DNA from: Eledone cirrhosa
Taxonomy: Eukaryota
Assembly: GCA_964016885.1 (NCBI GenBank)
Contig: OZ024743.1
Span: 154,442,001 to 154,506,000 of the forward strand
Direction: 5' to 3'
DNA length: 64,000 bases
Part shown: in pieces, positions 27,227 through 39,338 of the stretch
Numbering within the stretch: position 1 is the stretch's first letter
Layout of the letters: the number at the start of each line of letters is the position of its first letter
The notes under the pieces: model-generated
Database searches by the model: none
Seen by the model: only the letters and a program-made list of their open reading frames with translations
What the model was told of the DNA's origin: nothing
Position numbers and translations under genes: made by a program

Positions 27227-27251
27227 CGAAGGAAATGTGGTAAGGAACAAA

Positions 27252-27662
27252 AAATAGAAAATAGAAAAATAGAAAAATGAACACAAACACACACAGACAC
27301 CCGGATGTGGCGCATGCGCAAACTGAGCACGCAACCCACACACAAACAAAATGGCGTAGGATAGAAGAAAGGAAAGGCACAGAAACGAAGAAAGAAATCC
27401 CCAGTCACTGAAGAGGTCACAGAGTGTGTGACGAAAGAACTATGACTATATATATATAAACAACTATCTGGTTGTGGAACCAACCAACCAACCAGAAATT
27501 TATAAATTTGTAAATTTATAAATATTTAATAAATTAAATTGAAGTGAAAGTAACTGGTGCCTGTGTTTCTTATTGGCAACATGACCCTCCCAAAGTATAA
27601 CAATATCGGTTTCAACACACGATTTCAGATAAAGAATCTTGCTAAACAAATTCAGAAACGAA

Positions 27663-27665
<3 letters not shown>
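27252..27665 (+). mobile_element. Solo pseudo-LTR of the 1-3270 PLE, HHR at 27403-27447
   Basis: Near-identical to 2867-3270, including the terminus CAGAAACGAAAT followed by (TA)n. Confidence 0.92.
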
Positions 27666-27722
<57 letters not shown>

Positions 27723-27842
27723 ATACATTTATTAATATCAATGATATTATACTTCAGAAGAACTGTCGAGTGCTTCGAATCAGTTATAAGTATATATATC
27801 ATTTTTTTTAATAACCGACAAATTAAATATCCCTTAAATAAC

Positions 27843-27940
<98 letters not shown>

Positions 27941-28469
27941 CATACATACAAAAGATATACACACGTAAGAACCCATATAGACCCATACACACCTAATATA
28001 ATATGTATATATACACGTATATTTGTATGTAGACATAAGCCTGTCTTCATATGCGCCCACCTACAACCTTATGTGAGTACACTTAAAAAACCCAGTGGGT
28101 AAGTAAGATCAAGGGGAAGTATAACTGTGATCAAATAATATAAGAAAAAATTATGAAGAGGTAACGGAGAAAAGGGTGTAAAATTTGTGGTAGAGAGTGA
28201 GTGTTTGTGATGAGATCTGGACAAGGGTATATAGTAAAAAGTGATCTGGACAAAGGATGAAGGTGGTGGGTGTGTGTGTCTTAAAGGAATGGTAGAACAT
28301 AAGGGGTGGGTGGGGCTGGCTTATAAATCAAATGAAAAAAAAAAGAAAGATGAGCGAGATAAAAAATATATATTGGTAGAAAGTATGTGTTAATAAGGTG
28401 AACATATTGGTATTGAGTGGAAATCATGATAAGTAAAGAAGCTCAGGGTGGTTGAGTAATCGTTGGTGT

Positions 28470-30060
28470 GTTAATCCAGCTAAAAAGTAGATGCGATTTC
28501 AGGTGCTAACAACATCTAAAGGTCTCCGTCTTAGAGTTGAGACAAATGGGAGGGGTTTTACAGTTTTGGAGAATTCTGAATTTTTCCGAAGTACACAAAG
28601 AACATTTCTTTATGTCCTTTTGTTATTCTCTTGAATGGTCTAAAAGAGACCAATCAATAGTGTACGAAATGTTTTTGTCTTTAAACTCCCATACTTTACT
28701 TGCCAGAGCCGTTGCTGTTCTTTTTTCATGGTGTTTGAAAGAAGTGGCATGTGCATAGTACCTGGTTTTAAATCTGTCCTGAGTCATGCCAACATATCGC
28801 TCACTCCTGGCTGGCTGTTTGTTAATCATCTGTGCCAATTTGGCCTCATACACACTAGATTTGGTATTACATTTACCCTGTAATAGGCATTCTTCCTGCT
28901 TCCTGCAGCTGCATCCTGGATTTACTCTAGTACCATTATAGTTGGTAATTTTAGTTTACATTGATGGGCAGCAAGAGTAGCTGAGTTTAACTACATTTCT
29001 ATTGAATATCTTATTATATCTCTGATTAGGGGGAAAATGTTTGTCTAGAAGGCCGAGGAATGTTCTTTCTACGTTAGTTTTAACAGTTAGAGAGAAAGGG
29101 GTGTAAACCAAATAATTTTTCTTTTCCTCTTATTGTGTTTAGTGATAGAAAGAGGAGTAGGTACATATTTAATTTGTTCGGTGAAGCAGCTGTTATTGAG
29201 GGCCTTATTATAATAAGGGGCATCTTTGTTAAAAATGCCTATAGACGAATATAAAGTAGAGATCCTACCGCTAATGTTACGAATAAGATTTTTAAAGACT
29301 ATAGGGGGATGACAATACTGTTTGTGTAAATATTTACATATATAATAGGTTCATGATAAGGTTTAAAAGAGGCAGTAAGTATGTCAATATTGATATCAAG
29401 GAAGTTAGTATTAGTAAGATTCGTATCTATAATAATGTTTAGGTTTAGGTTAGTATAGGTATTGATTAAGTCTTTACGGAATTTATCAAGATTATGGCCG
29501 TTGGTGGTATGAGAAACCGCCAAATCATCGTCTCGGTATAAAGCGAGATTTTGTCAAGGACATTTCTCTTTAAGGGGGTGGAGGAGGAATAATCCTACTA
29601 AGTCGCACACATCGGTGCTATTATATGAGCCCATCGCGACACAAAATAGTTTTCAGGACTTGATTTTTTAAACCATGTACCTTCATTAGCAAAGAGTAGT
29701 GTTTTCCTAGCATAAAAGATAACGTCTTCTTCTAATTTAGAAATAATACCGTAAAGTCTAGCAACATTCTAAGGCTTTAGTTAATAATTCTGTAATAGAT
29801 GGGTAAAAATAAACAATATCTAATTGGGTAAATCTACACTTATTTTTTCATTGTATATTATTAAACAAAGAAATAACAGATTATGTATTTAGCCATTGGG
29901 ATAAGACAGTCATAGTTTATATTTGAAGTATTATATATGTTAGGATTGTTTTACTCGAAATACCAATTTCAGATTTAGCAGTGTTCATTAACTTACAACT
30001 GGGTCGATTAGTAAAATCTAATGTATGGTCTTTAAGGGTAATATATGCTTTACCGTTTTT
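28470..30060 (-). mobile_element. Decayed Naiad-like PLE (RT + EN)
   Basis: Minus-strand pieces LKDH, YRDD, TNFLDI, CSCRK..C, VYEA..YVGMT..FKTRY..H, CSLC with many frameshifts. Confidence 0.85.
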
Positions 30061-30219
30061 TTTGCATAGATCTGTGATAATACCTTTTCATATTTTGATA
30101 GCCCCTTTTTATACTCCCACTTGCGAGCGTGTGTGATTTATAGTTTGTCTGCCCATATATTTATGCACTCACACACGCACGTGTATGTATGCATACATGT
30201 GTTTGTATATGTGTGTGTT

Positions 30220-30250
<31 letters not shown>

Positions 30251-30482
30251 ATGTATGTGTATTTGTATATATGTGTATATATGTGTGTATCGATTTACGT
30301 ATATATGTTTATATGTATGCGTTTGTTGATTGTTTTATTACGTGCGTTCGTGTGTACGTATGTACGTGGGTTATGTACCTATGATTTTTCTATCTAATTA
30401 ATTGTATTTGTTTATGTGTATGTATGTGGATGTGTGTGTATATGTATGTATGTATATGTATATATATGCGTGTATGCATATA

Positions 30483-32277
30483 TCTATATATATATAAAGC
30501 TGAGGTTGTTTGACTGTCTGTCTCTCTACTAAAATGGTCGGCACACATCTCCTCCTAAACCTCACTTTCAAATTTCGGTGAAATTGGTACCCTTATAGAT
30601 GAGGGTACGGTGGAGACATCGGTCAAAACAATTTTTCAAATCGACCCACGCCAAGTACAAACATCGAACTTGTAATGTATTGATTTTTCAGTTCAAATGT
30701 ATAAATAGAGATGAGAGAGGAGTTATTTCCCTTTTATGGCGTTAATCGTTTATCTATTTACGTTACGAACAAACTACGCGTGCAAATCTACAAAAAATAC
30801 ACGAACAGTTTTCGGGCCAGCCAAATTTTAACCTGCAAAATTCATGAGATCGAAGTTTCAACATTAAGTTTCCATTTTGCTTCATTTCCATTAAAAACTC
30901 TTTAAAACAATATTTTTACTTGAAAACACGCCTATTTGAATACACCGTAAAACAAGCAAATATTTTGTAAAAAAAGCATTGATCTATATATATAATCTCG
31001 AATAAAGCCTTATGTGATTTTCATTTAGAAGCAATGATTTTAAACGACAGACAGATAACGAATTTTTTTTTTTCGTTGGTCATGTCCATCCAATTTCTTT
31101 GTTTCAAAATAACTGATAGTTTGGTTACGCTGATGTGTTTCTCTGAGACAAGTGTTGCAGTGTTTACATGTTCGATTTTTGTTAACAGATTACCAGTGCA
31201 GTTTTTATCCCCAGCATCCTCTTTTGTTTTAACATTCGGGTTATGGTTATGTTTTCTTAACTTCATAAGGCATACTGTTGGTTGAGGGAATATTAATCAA
31301 AAGTACCACACGAAAATCTACACTGTAGACTCGACAATATTTTAAGCCAAGAAAAGAAGTTAACATTGTAACTTTAACACAGCGACTGAGCAGGCCCGAG
31401 CAACGCCGGGCTTTACTGCTATAGGCGATAAAGTCGTGGAGACAGACATTCGTGCAGAGAGGCGATATAGGCGATAAAGTTGTGCAGACATACCGTCGCG
31501 CAGAGATGTGATATAGGCGATACAGTTGTGTAGACAGACATCCGTGCAGAGAGGTGGTATAGGCGATACAGATGTGCAGACAGTCGGGCTGATAGACGAT
31601 GGAGGCATGCAGACAGACAGTCGTGCAGTGAAGTGATATAGGAGATAAAGATGTGCAGACAGACAGTCGTGCAGAGAGGCGATATAGGCGATAAAGTTGT
31701 GCAGGCATACAGTCGTGCAGAGAGGTGATATAGGCGATAAAGTTGTGCGGACAGACAGCCGTACAGAGAGGTGATATAGGCGATAAAGTTGTGCAGACAG
31801 ACAGTCGGGTTGATAGACAATGGAGGCATGCAGACAGACAGTCGTGCAGAGAGGTGATATAGGCGATAAAGTTGTGCAGACAGACAGTCGTGCAGAGAGG
31901 TGATAGACGATAAAATTGCAGTTTTTGTTTGTTTTTCATGTCCATCCAATTTCTTTGGTTCAAAATAACTGATAGTTTGGTTACGCTGATGTGTTTCTCT
32001 GAGACAAGTGTTGCAGTGTTTACATGTTCGATTTTTGTTAATAGATTACCAGTGCAGTTTTTATCCCCAACATCCTCTTTTGTTTTAACATTCGAGTTAT
32101 GGTTATGTTTTCTTAACTTCATAAGGCATACTGTTGGTTGAGGGAATATTAATCAAAAGTACCACATGAAAGTCTACACTGTAGACTCTACAGATTTTAA
32201 ACCAAGAAAGGAACTTAACGTTGTAACTTTAACACAGCTACTGAGCAGCCCCGAGCAACGCCTGGCTTTACTGCTAG
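30483..32277 (+). mobile_element. Non-autonomous Helitron with duplicated 3' end
   Basis: A|TCTATATATATATAAAG 5' end; 3' GC-rich hairpin CCCGAGCAACGCC(T/G)GG followed ~11 nt later by CTAG|T; no TSD. Confidence 0.8.
31421..31915. repeat. 46-bp minisatellite (~11 units) inside the Helitron
   Basis: Unit GCAGACAGACAGTCGTGCAGAGAGGTGATATAGGCGATAAAGTTGT, with two shorter variant units. Confidence 0.92.
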
Positions 32278-32407
32278 TATATATATATGAATGCATATAT
32301 ATATAAATGCATGTATATATATATATATATACATATAAATATATATTTATTTATATATATATATACATATGTGTGTGTGTTTGTACGTGTGTATAGGTAT
32401 ATATATA

Positions 32408-32489
<82 letters not shown>

Positions 32490-32949
32490 GTATTTGTTTA
32501 TTTTTAAGTTGTTTGTATTTATTGCCGCTCGCCGTTCCCCTCCCCCCAATCACACAAACAAACACACCCTTCGTTGTCAACACGTCCCTTTTTGTTTTTT
32601 TGTTTTTATTTTTATTTTTATTTTTATTTTTATTTTTATTTTTATTTTCTTATATATATAATTTTTGAATTTTTTTATCTTATTTATCTATTTAGTTATT
32701 TCTGCTTCTGAACTACTTCCCAATGGTTCGCACATGTGGATATGTGCATGTGCATGTGTATATACATGTGTGTGTGTACGTATATATATATATATATATA
32801 TATAAGCAGAAGGGATATTCAATTTGTTGGTAATTCAAAAACTATACATGTTTATAACTGATTCAGAGCACTCGACATTATTTCTAGAGTATAATATACA
32901 ATGACAATAAATAAAGGGAAACTATATTTATAAAATCATATTTATTCTG

Positions 32950-33572
32950 GAAAAAATGAAACGAAATTTCATTTCTCAATCTTAATACGGCTGTTACTTA
33001 AATATAACTATGTATACGTAAATACATATATGTATACAGACGTACAGTAGTATGTATATATATATATACATACATGCACACACAAATATATATATATGTA
33101 CGTATGGATTCACCGAATGTTTATTATAATGCTCGGTGTGTTTGTAAAAAAACATCCCGAATTAAGCCGTACAGTGTCTAGCAACATCGTTTCTCATTTG
33201 TTCAACACTGACAAAGGAACGCCGTACTAGTTTCAAGCTTATTAGCTATCGTCAGCAACGTATACCTTCCTGCCAGATGATTGAACGTCTGAAAGTATAT
33301 ACTTTCCTTATGCATATTAAAGGCTGAGCAACCTAATTTGCATATCGAGTGAGTTAATCGGCCGGGCGCACCGAAAATGATAAACGGAAAAAATGAAACG
33401 AGATGTCATTTCTCACTCTAAGTACGGCTGTTACTTAAATATAAGTATCTATACCTACATACATATATGTATACAGACGTACAGTAGTATGTATATGTAT
33501 ATATATACATGCACACAGATATGTATGTACGTATGGATTCACCGAACATTTATTAAAATTCTCGGTGTGTTT
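32950..33572 (-). repeat. ~1.4 units of HHR repeat family B, HHR at 33220-33260
   Basis: Same unit as 35731-37669, in reverse orientation. Confidence 0.85.
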
Positions 33573-33609
33573 GTATTCTATTATATATATTTCAAGGGTA
33601 CCAAAATTA

Positions 33610-35215
33610 TAATCATACATTTAAGAGATCGGATAAAAAATCTCCTACTTCACTTTCACATCTAATCTGGAATTTAAAAGACAACAATATAGACTATTCA
33701 ATATCTTGGTGAACGATTTCGTAAAGCACCTGCATACTGAAATATGGCTTTATAAAGACTCTGTAAATTGTATATCGAATAAATTTTTTATATAATTAAC
33801 TGTCAAAACTATTATTCTCAGAACAGAATCATTTTCTTCTTGCAGACATCGGAAAAATTCCACTTTCAGAACTATTTTTAATTTATAATATCCTTATACA
33901 CATTCAAAATGATACTATCATTTTAAAAATTTAAATGTAAATATTTTTAATTTTTTAAATATTTTTTTTATTTTTTAAATATTTTTAATATTTTTTATAT
34001 TTTTAATATTTTTAATATTTCATATATTTTTTTATATTTTTAATATTCCTAATTTTTTTTTTAATATCTCTTATATTTATAATATTGTTAATATATACAT
34101 TTAATATTTTAATTCCGACATTATTTAAATTCTGACATTATTTTTAATTCTGGCATTATTTTTCTAAGGACACCTCTCTAAATATATTTTTTAGATGTAG
34201 ATTGATAATCTTTAATTAACATTCTGAAAATGTATCCTCTTTCCGATAGATCTTCGAAAAGCACATTACATTTTTCCTCTCTCTTTTTATTATTCAAACA
34301 TTCGCTCATCTTTCGACTAAAATAATTGATCTCACACAAAATAATATATAATTTTCTCTATATATTTTGGAGTAAATCACTCATCAAATTCAATGGTTAA
34401 CAAACAATATTGGAGTTATCTTTCCTTTCCGATGGTGCAAACATAAACATATTATGTTTGATAATCTATATAACTTCGCTAAATTAACAATATTCTGAAA
34501 ACATTTTCAATGTTGAACAACATTTTTGAATCCACAAATTGTTCTACTCTCACAACTTGAACCTCCAATGTTTAAGTAAAATACAAAATCAACAACCTGC
34601 GTTACTCATATTTGATATATAAACAACTAATAATTGTAAATTAACTCTATCCTGTAATACTAATACATACGCAATTATTAATCTATATAGAAATGTATAT
34701 ACATATAACCTTTCGTAATGTAATAAGATACACATACTTACAACCATAATTCTTCATATAATCTAATTGATTATATATACAATATTATAACACATAATAT
34801 AGGAAAATAAATTTAAATTTAAACTCTGGAATCAGCTTCCACCTTTTTCCCCATATTAACGTAAATGCTAGCTCTTTTTCCTTTCTCTTCTTTCCTACGC
34901 ATACAATAATTTAACATACTTATTTAAATTTTCCATAATGTCTAAAATAACGTTTTTTTCAGTCCTTTTACCTAAACCTCATTTGCATACTCATTTTAAT
35001 AATTTGAAATATCTGATTTACATCTCTTATCCTTCAACTATCCAAGGAAAACTTGAACCGTTAAGGTATATTCTCCTCTCCTTGGTTATGTCAAATTTTA
35101 TAAAACACACTTCGTATTTTGTCCGATGATAGCCTACCAAAATGTTGGTACCCTTGAAATATATATAATAGAATAAATATGGTTTTATAAATATACATTC
35201 CATTTATTTAATATC
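33610..35215 (+). mobile_element. Highly decayed Naiad-like PLE 3' end (EN tail + 3' UTR), degenerate HHR at 35117-35173
   Basis: Traces NIDYSISW, RLCKL, SCRHR; 3' UTR homologous to 19915-20910; CCGATGA...GAAA-TATATA-TA. Confidence 0.65.
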
Positions 35216-35686
35216 AATGTATATATATATAGAGAGAGAAAAAATTGAGGTTGGTAATGGCACAGGGATTATATAAGAGACAGAGTACTTTTTTGTGAAA
35301 AGACATATAATTTTATAAGGTAAGGAAAGAATAAAGGGTATAAAAAATGACCGGTTTCGATGGGTCTGCAAAAGCCATCTTTTCAAAAGTTGATTAATAT
35401 TAAGAAAAATTAATAATAAGAAGAGTTAAAATTTGAGATTTGAAAATTCAAGTATAAAATTCAGTGTGGGATTTCATAGTAGTTTTCATCTTGGTAGCAG
35501 TAAGTTGGTAGTAGCAAGTTGACTGCTGTGTGTCCCTTTCTGGTAGTGAATGAGGAATTAAGGTCAAATTTAGCAATGGCCAGATGGCCAGCTGCTGGTC
35601 ATTGACGGGGTGGAAGCAGTATACCAACCACAGTATACCAACCTCAATTTTCTCTATAACCTTCGTTTTGTGTAGAAACTTACACT

Positions 35687-35734
<48 letters not shown>

Positions 35735-36087
35735 GAGCAAAGGTGGTTGCTAGACACTACGGCTTAATACGGGATGTTTGTTTACAAACACACCGAGCAT
35801 TATAATAAATGTTCGGTGAATCCATACGTGCATATATATATGTGTGCATGTATGTATATATATACATACTACTGTACGTCGGTATACATATATGTTTGTA
35901 CGTGTACATACTTATATTTAAGTAACAGCCGTACTAAGAGTGGGAAATGAAATATCGTTTCAGTTTTTCCGTTTATCGTTTTCGGTGCACCCGGCCGATT
36001 AACCCACTCGATATGCAAATTGGGCTACTCAGCCGTTAATATGCATAAGGTAAGTATATACGTTCAACAATCTGGCAGGAAGGTATA

Positions 36088-36128
36088 CGTTGCTGACGAT
36101 AGCTAACAAGCTTGAAACTAGTACATCG
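36088..36128 (+). ncRNA. Minimal hammerhead ribozyme (family B, unit 1)
   Basis: CGTTG-CTGACGA-TAGCT aaca AGCTT-GAAA-CTAG-TA-CATCG. Confidence 0.8.
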
Positions 36129-36505
36129 TTCCTTTGCCAGTGTTGAACAAACAAGCAACGGTGGTTGGTAGACACTACGGCTTAATACAGGATGTTTGTT
36201 TACAAACACACCGAGCATTATAATAAATGTTCGGTGAATCCATACGTGCATATATATATGTGTGCATGTATGTATATATATACATACTACTGTACGTCGG
36301 TATACATATATGTTTGTACGTGTACATACTTATATTTAAGTAACAGCCGTACTAAGAGTGGGAAATGAAATATCGTTTCAGTTTTTCCGTTTATCGTTTT
36401 CGGTGCACCCAGCCGATTAACCCACTCGATATGCAAATAGGGCTACTCAGCCGTTAATATGCATAAGGTAAGTATATACGTTCAACAATCTGGCAGGAAC
36501 GTATA

Positions 36506-36546
36506 TGTTGCTGACGATAGCTAACAAGCTTGAAACTAGTACAGCA
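36506..36546 (+). ncRNA. Minimal hammerhead ribozyme (family B, unit 2)
   Basis: TGTTG-CTGACGA...GAAA-CTAG-TA-CAGCA; outer stem I pair U-A instead of C-G. Confidence 0.85.
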
Positions 36547-36927
36547 TTCCTTTGTCAGTGTTGAACAAACGAGCAACGGTGGTTGCTAGACACTACGGCT
36601 TAATACGGGATGTTTGTTTACAAACACACCGAGCATTATAATAAATGTTCGGTGAATCCATACGTGCATATATATATGTGTGCATGTATGTATATATATA
36701 TATACATACTACTGTACGTCGGTATACATATATGTATGTACGTGTACATACTTATATTGAAGTAACAGCCGTACGAAGAGTGGGAAATGAAATATCGTTT
36801 CAGTTTTTCCGTTTATCGTTTTCGGTGCACCCGGCCGATTAACCCACTCGATATGTAAATTGGGCTACTCAGCCGTTAATATGCATAAGGTATGTATATA
36901 CGTTCAACAATCTGGCAGGAAGGTATA

Positions 36928-36968
36928 CGTTGCTGACGATAGCTAACAAGCTTGAAACTAGTACAGCG
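36928..36968 (+). ncRNA. Minimal hammerhead ribozyme (family B, unit 3)
   Basis: CGTTG-CTGACGA...GAAA-CTAG-TA-CAGCG; unit 4 (37360-37400) has a mutated stem III. Confidence 0.87.
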
Positions 36969-37691
36969 TTCCTTTGTCAGTGTTGAACAAACGAGCAACG
37001 GTGGTTGCTAGACACTACGGCTTAATACGGGATGTTTGTTTACAAACACACCGAGCATTATAATAAATGTTTGGTGAATCCATACGTGCATATATATATG
37101 TGTGCATGTATGTATATATATATATATATATATATACATACTACTGTACGTCGGTATACATATATGTATGTACGTGTACATACTTCTATTTAAGTAACAG
37201 CCGTACTAAGAGTGGGAAATGAAATATCGTTTCAGTTTTTCCGTTTATCGTTTTCGGTGCACCCGGCCGATTAACCCACTCGATATGCAAATTGGGCTAC
37301 TCAGCCGTTAATATGCATAAGGTAAGTATATACGTTCAACAATCTGGCAGGAAGGTATACGTTGCTGACGATAGTTAACAAGCGTGAAACTCTTACAGCG
37401 TTCCTTTGTCAGTGTTGAACAAACGAGCAACGGTGGTTGTTAGACAGTACGGCTTATTACGGGATGTTTGTTTACAAAAACACCGAGCATTATAATAAAT
37501 GTTCGGTGAATCCATACGTGCATATATATATGTGTGCATGTATGTATATATATATATACATACTACTGTACGTCGGTATACATATATGTATGTACGTGTA
37601 CATACTTATATTTAAGTAACAGCCGTACTAAGAGTGGGAAATGAAATATCGTTTCAGTTTTTCCGTTTATATATATATATATATATAAATA

Positions 37692-37744
<53 letters not shown>

Positions 37745-37827
37745 ATATATAAGTTTCAGAAGATCCCGTTAAGGGTGAAAGCAGCGATTCTTTGCTTAAA
37801 CATTTAATCTGTTATATTAATAAGTAT

Positions 37828-38007
<180 letters not shown>

Positions 38008-38483
38008 ATGCATGCATGAATATATGAATGTATGGATATGTATGTGTATGTGTGTGTGTGTATATATATATATGTGTATATGTATATACACGTGCGCATA
38101 CGTATAGAGCTTTTTGTTTTTGTGTTATTGTGTTTGTATGTATGTATGTGTATGTGTGTGTATATATATACATTTACCCTTTTTTATATGTGTGTGTGTT
38201 TGTATGTACATATATGAGTGCAAATATATTCGTGTATATGTGTGTGTATGTATTTATGTGACCGTTCGTATGTAGACGCAAATACACTTATATGTGAAAG
38301 TATACGTCTAGTACTGTTACGTATATGTGCGTGGTTGAGTGTATGTATATTTATGGTTCAGTGTGTTTATATTTATTTATATAATGTTTCCACTGATTCA
38401 TGTTTGCCCGTCTGTTCAGCCTCACTTTCATATTTCCTAAATTATTTTTCAAATCCATATTTAATTAAACACCATGTTAATTA

Positions 38484-38544
38484 TTCATTCTGACGACTGA
38501 AGAGAGACATAACATTTGCCTTCAAGAAAACACTGATAAATGAA
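38484..38544 (+). ncRNA. Candidate degenerate hammerhead in a dispersed microsatellite-rich repeat
   Basis: TTCATT-CTGACGA-C-TGAAG...CTTCA-A-GAAA-acactga-TA-AATGAA; stem III poor. Homologous position near 24985 (-) has CTGAAGA. Confidence 0.45.
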
Positions 38545-38574
38545 ATAATTATCTTATGTTGTTTATAACATAAC

Positions 38575-38640
<66 letters not shown>

Positions 38641-38643
<3 letters not shown>

Positions 38644-39295
38644 CGTTTGTGAATATGTTTAGCAAGATTCTTTATCTGAAAACGTGTGTTGATGCCGATA
38701 TTGTCATGCTTTGGGAGGGTCATGTTGCCAATAAGAAACACACGCACCAGTGTATCACTTTAATTTATTATAAATTAAATTTATAAATTTAAGAATTTAT
38801 AAGTTTCCGGTTGGTTGGTTGGTTCCATAACCGGACGGTTGTTCATATATTGTCAAATATATTTAGTCACACATTATGTGACCTCTTCAGTGACTGGGGA
38901 TTCTTTTCTTTGTTTTGAGCCTCTCCTTTGTTCTGTCCTACGCCATCTTGTTTTTATGTGTGTTGTGTGCTTCGTTTGTGGATGTGTGTATATCCGGGTG
39001 TCTGTGTGTGTTTTTATTTGTTTATTTATTTGTTTATTTACATGTTACTGGTTGGTTGTTTGTTCTATGTGTGTGTGTGTTTTCATTGTGTCCTTAATTT
39101 TAAGTTGTGATGTTGCTATTCCATTCATGTTTTCTATATAATTTTGGTTGGAATTCATGTATGTTTATTACCTCTGTGATTTGTCTAAACATTGCGGCTT
39201 TTCTGGGTGTAGTTTCTATTTTTATTTCTATGTTCTCTAATTTGCCCTTATGTTCTATTTTAGCATGTTGGTGGAGTATACTCATTCTTTGATTT
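38641..39295 (-). mobile_element. 3' fragment (EN tail + pLTR) of the 1-3270 PLE family
   Basis: ORF SILHQHAKIEHKG...RQITE...EWNSNITT; pLTR homologous to 2707-3270, with the GAAA half of the HHR deleted. Confidence 0.88.
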
Positions 39296-39338
39296 ATTCA
39301 TTGAACCTTGTTTAACCTTTAAATATATATATACATAT

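Larger units (their letters stand above)
35731..37669 (+). repeat. Head-to-tail array of ~4.6 x ~420-bp HHR-containing monomers (retrozyme-like family B)
   Basis: CTGACGA cores at 36093, 36511, 36933 and 37365; no credible ORF; (TA)n at both ends. Confidence 0.93.

Noticed and set aside
31421-31915. CRISPR-like appearance of regular short repeats
   Set aside because: Units are contiguous with no unique spacers, there are no cas genes, and the context is eukaryotic.
31247-32122. 291-aa and overlapping repetitive Cys-rich ORFs
   Set aside because: They are translations of the 46-bp minisatellite (period not a multiple of 3) within a Helitron.
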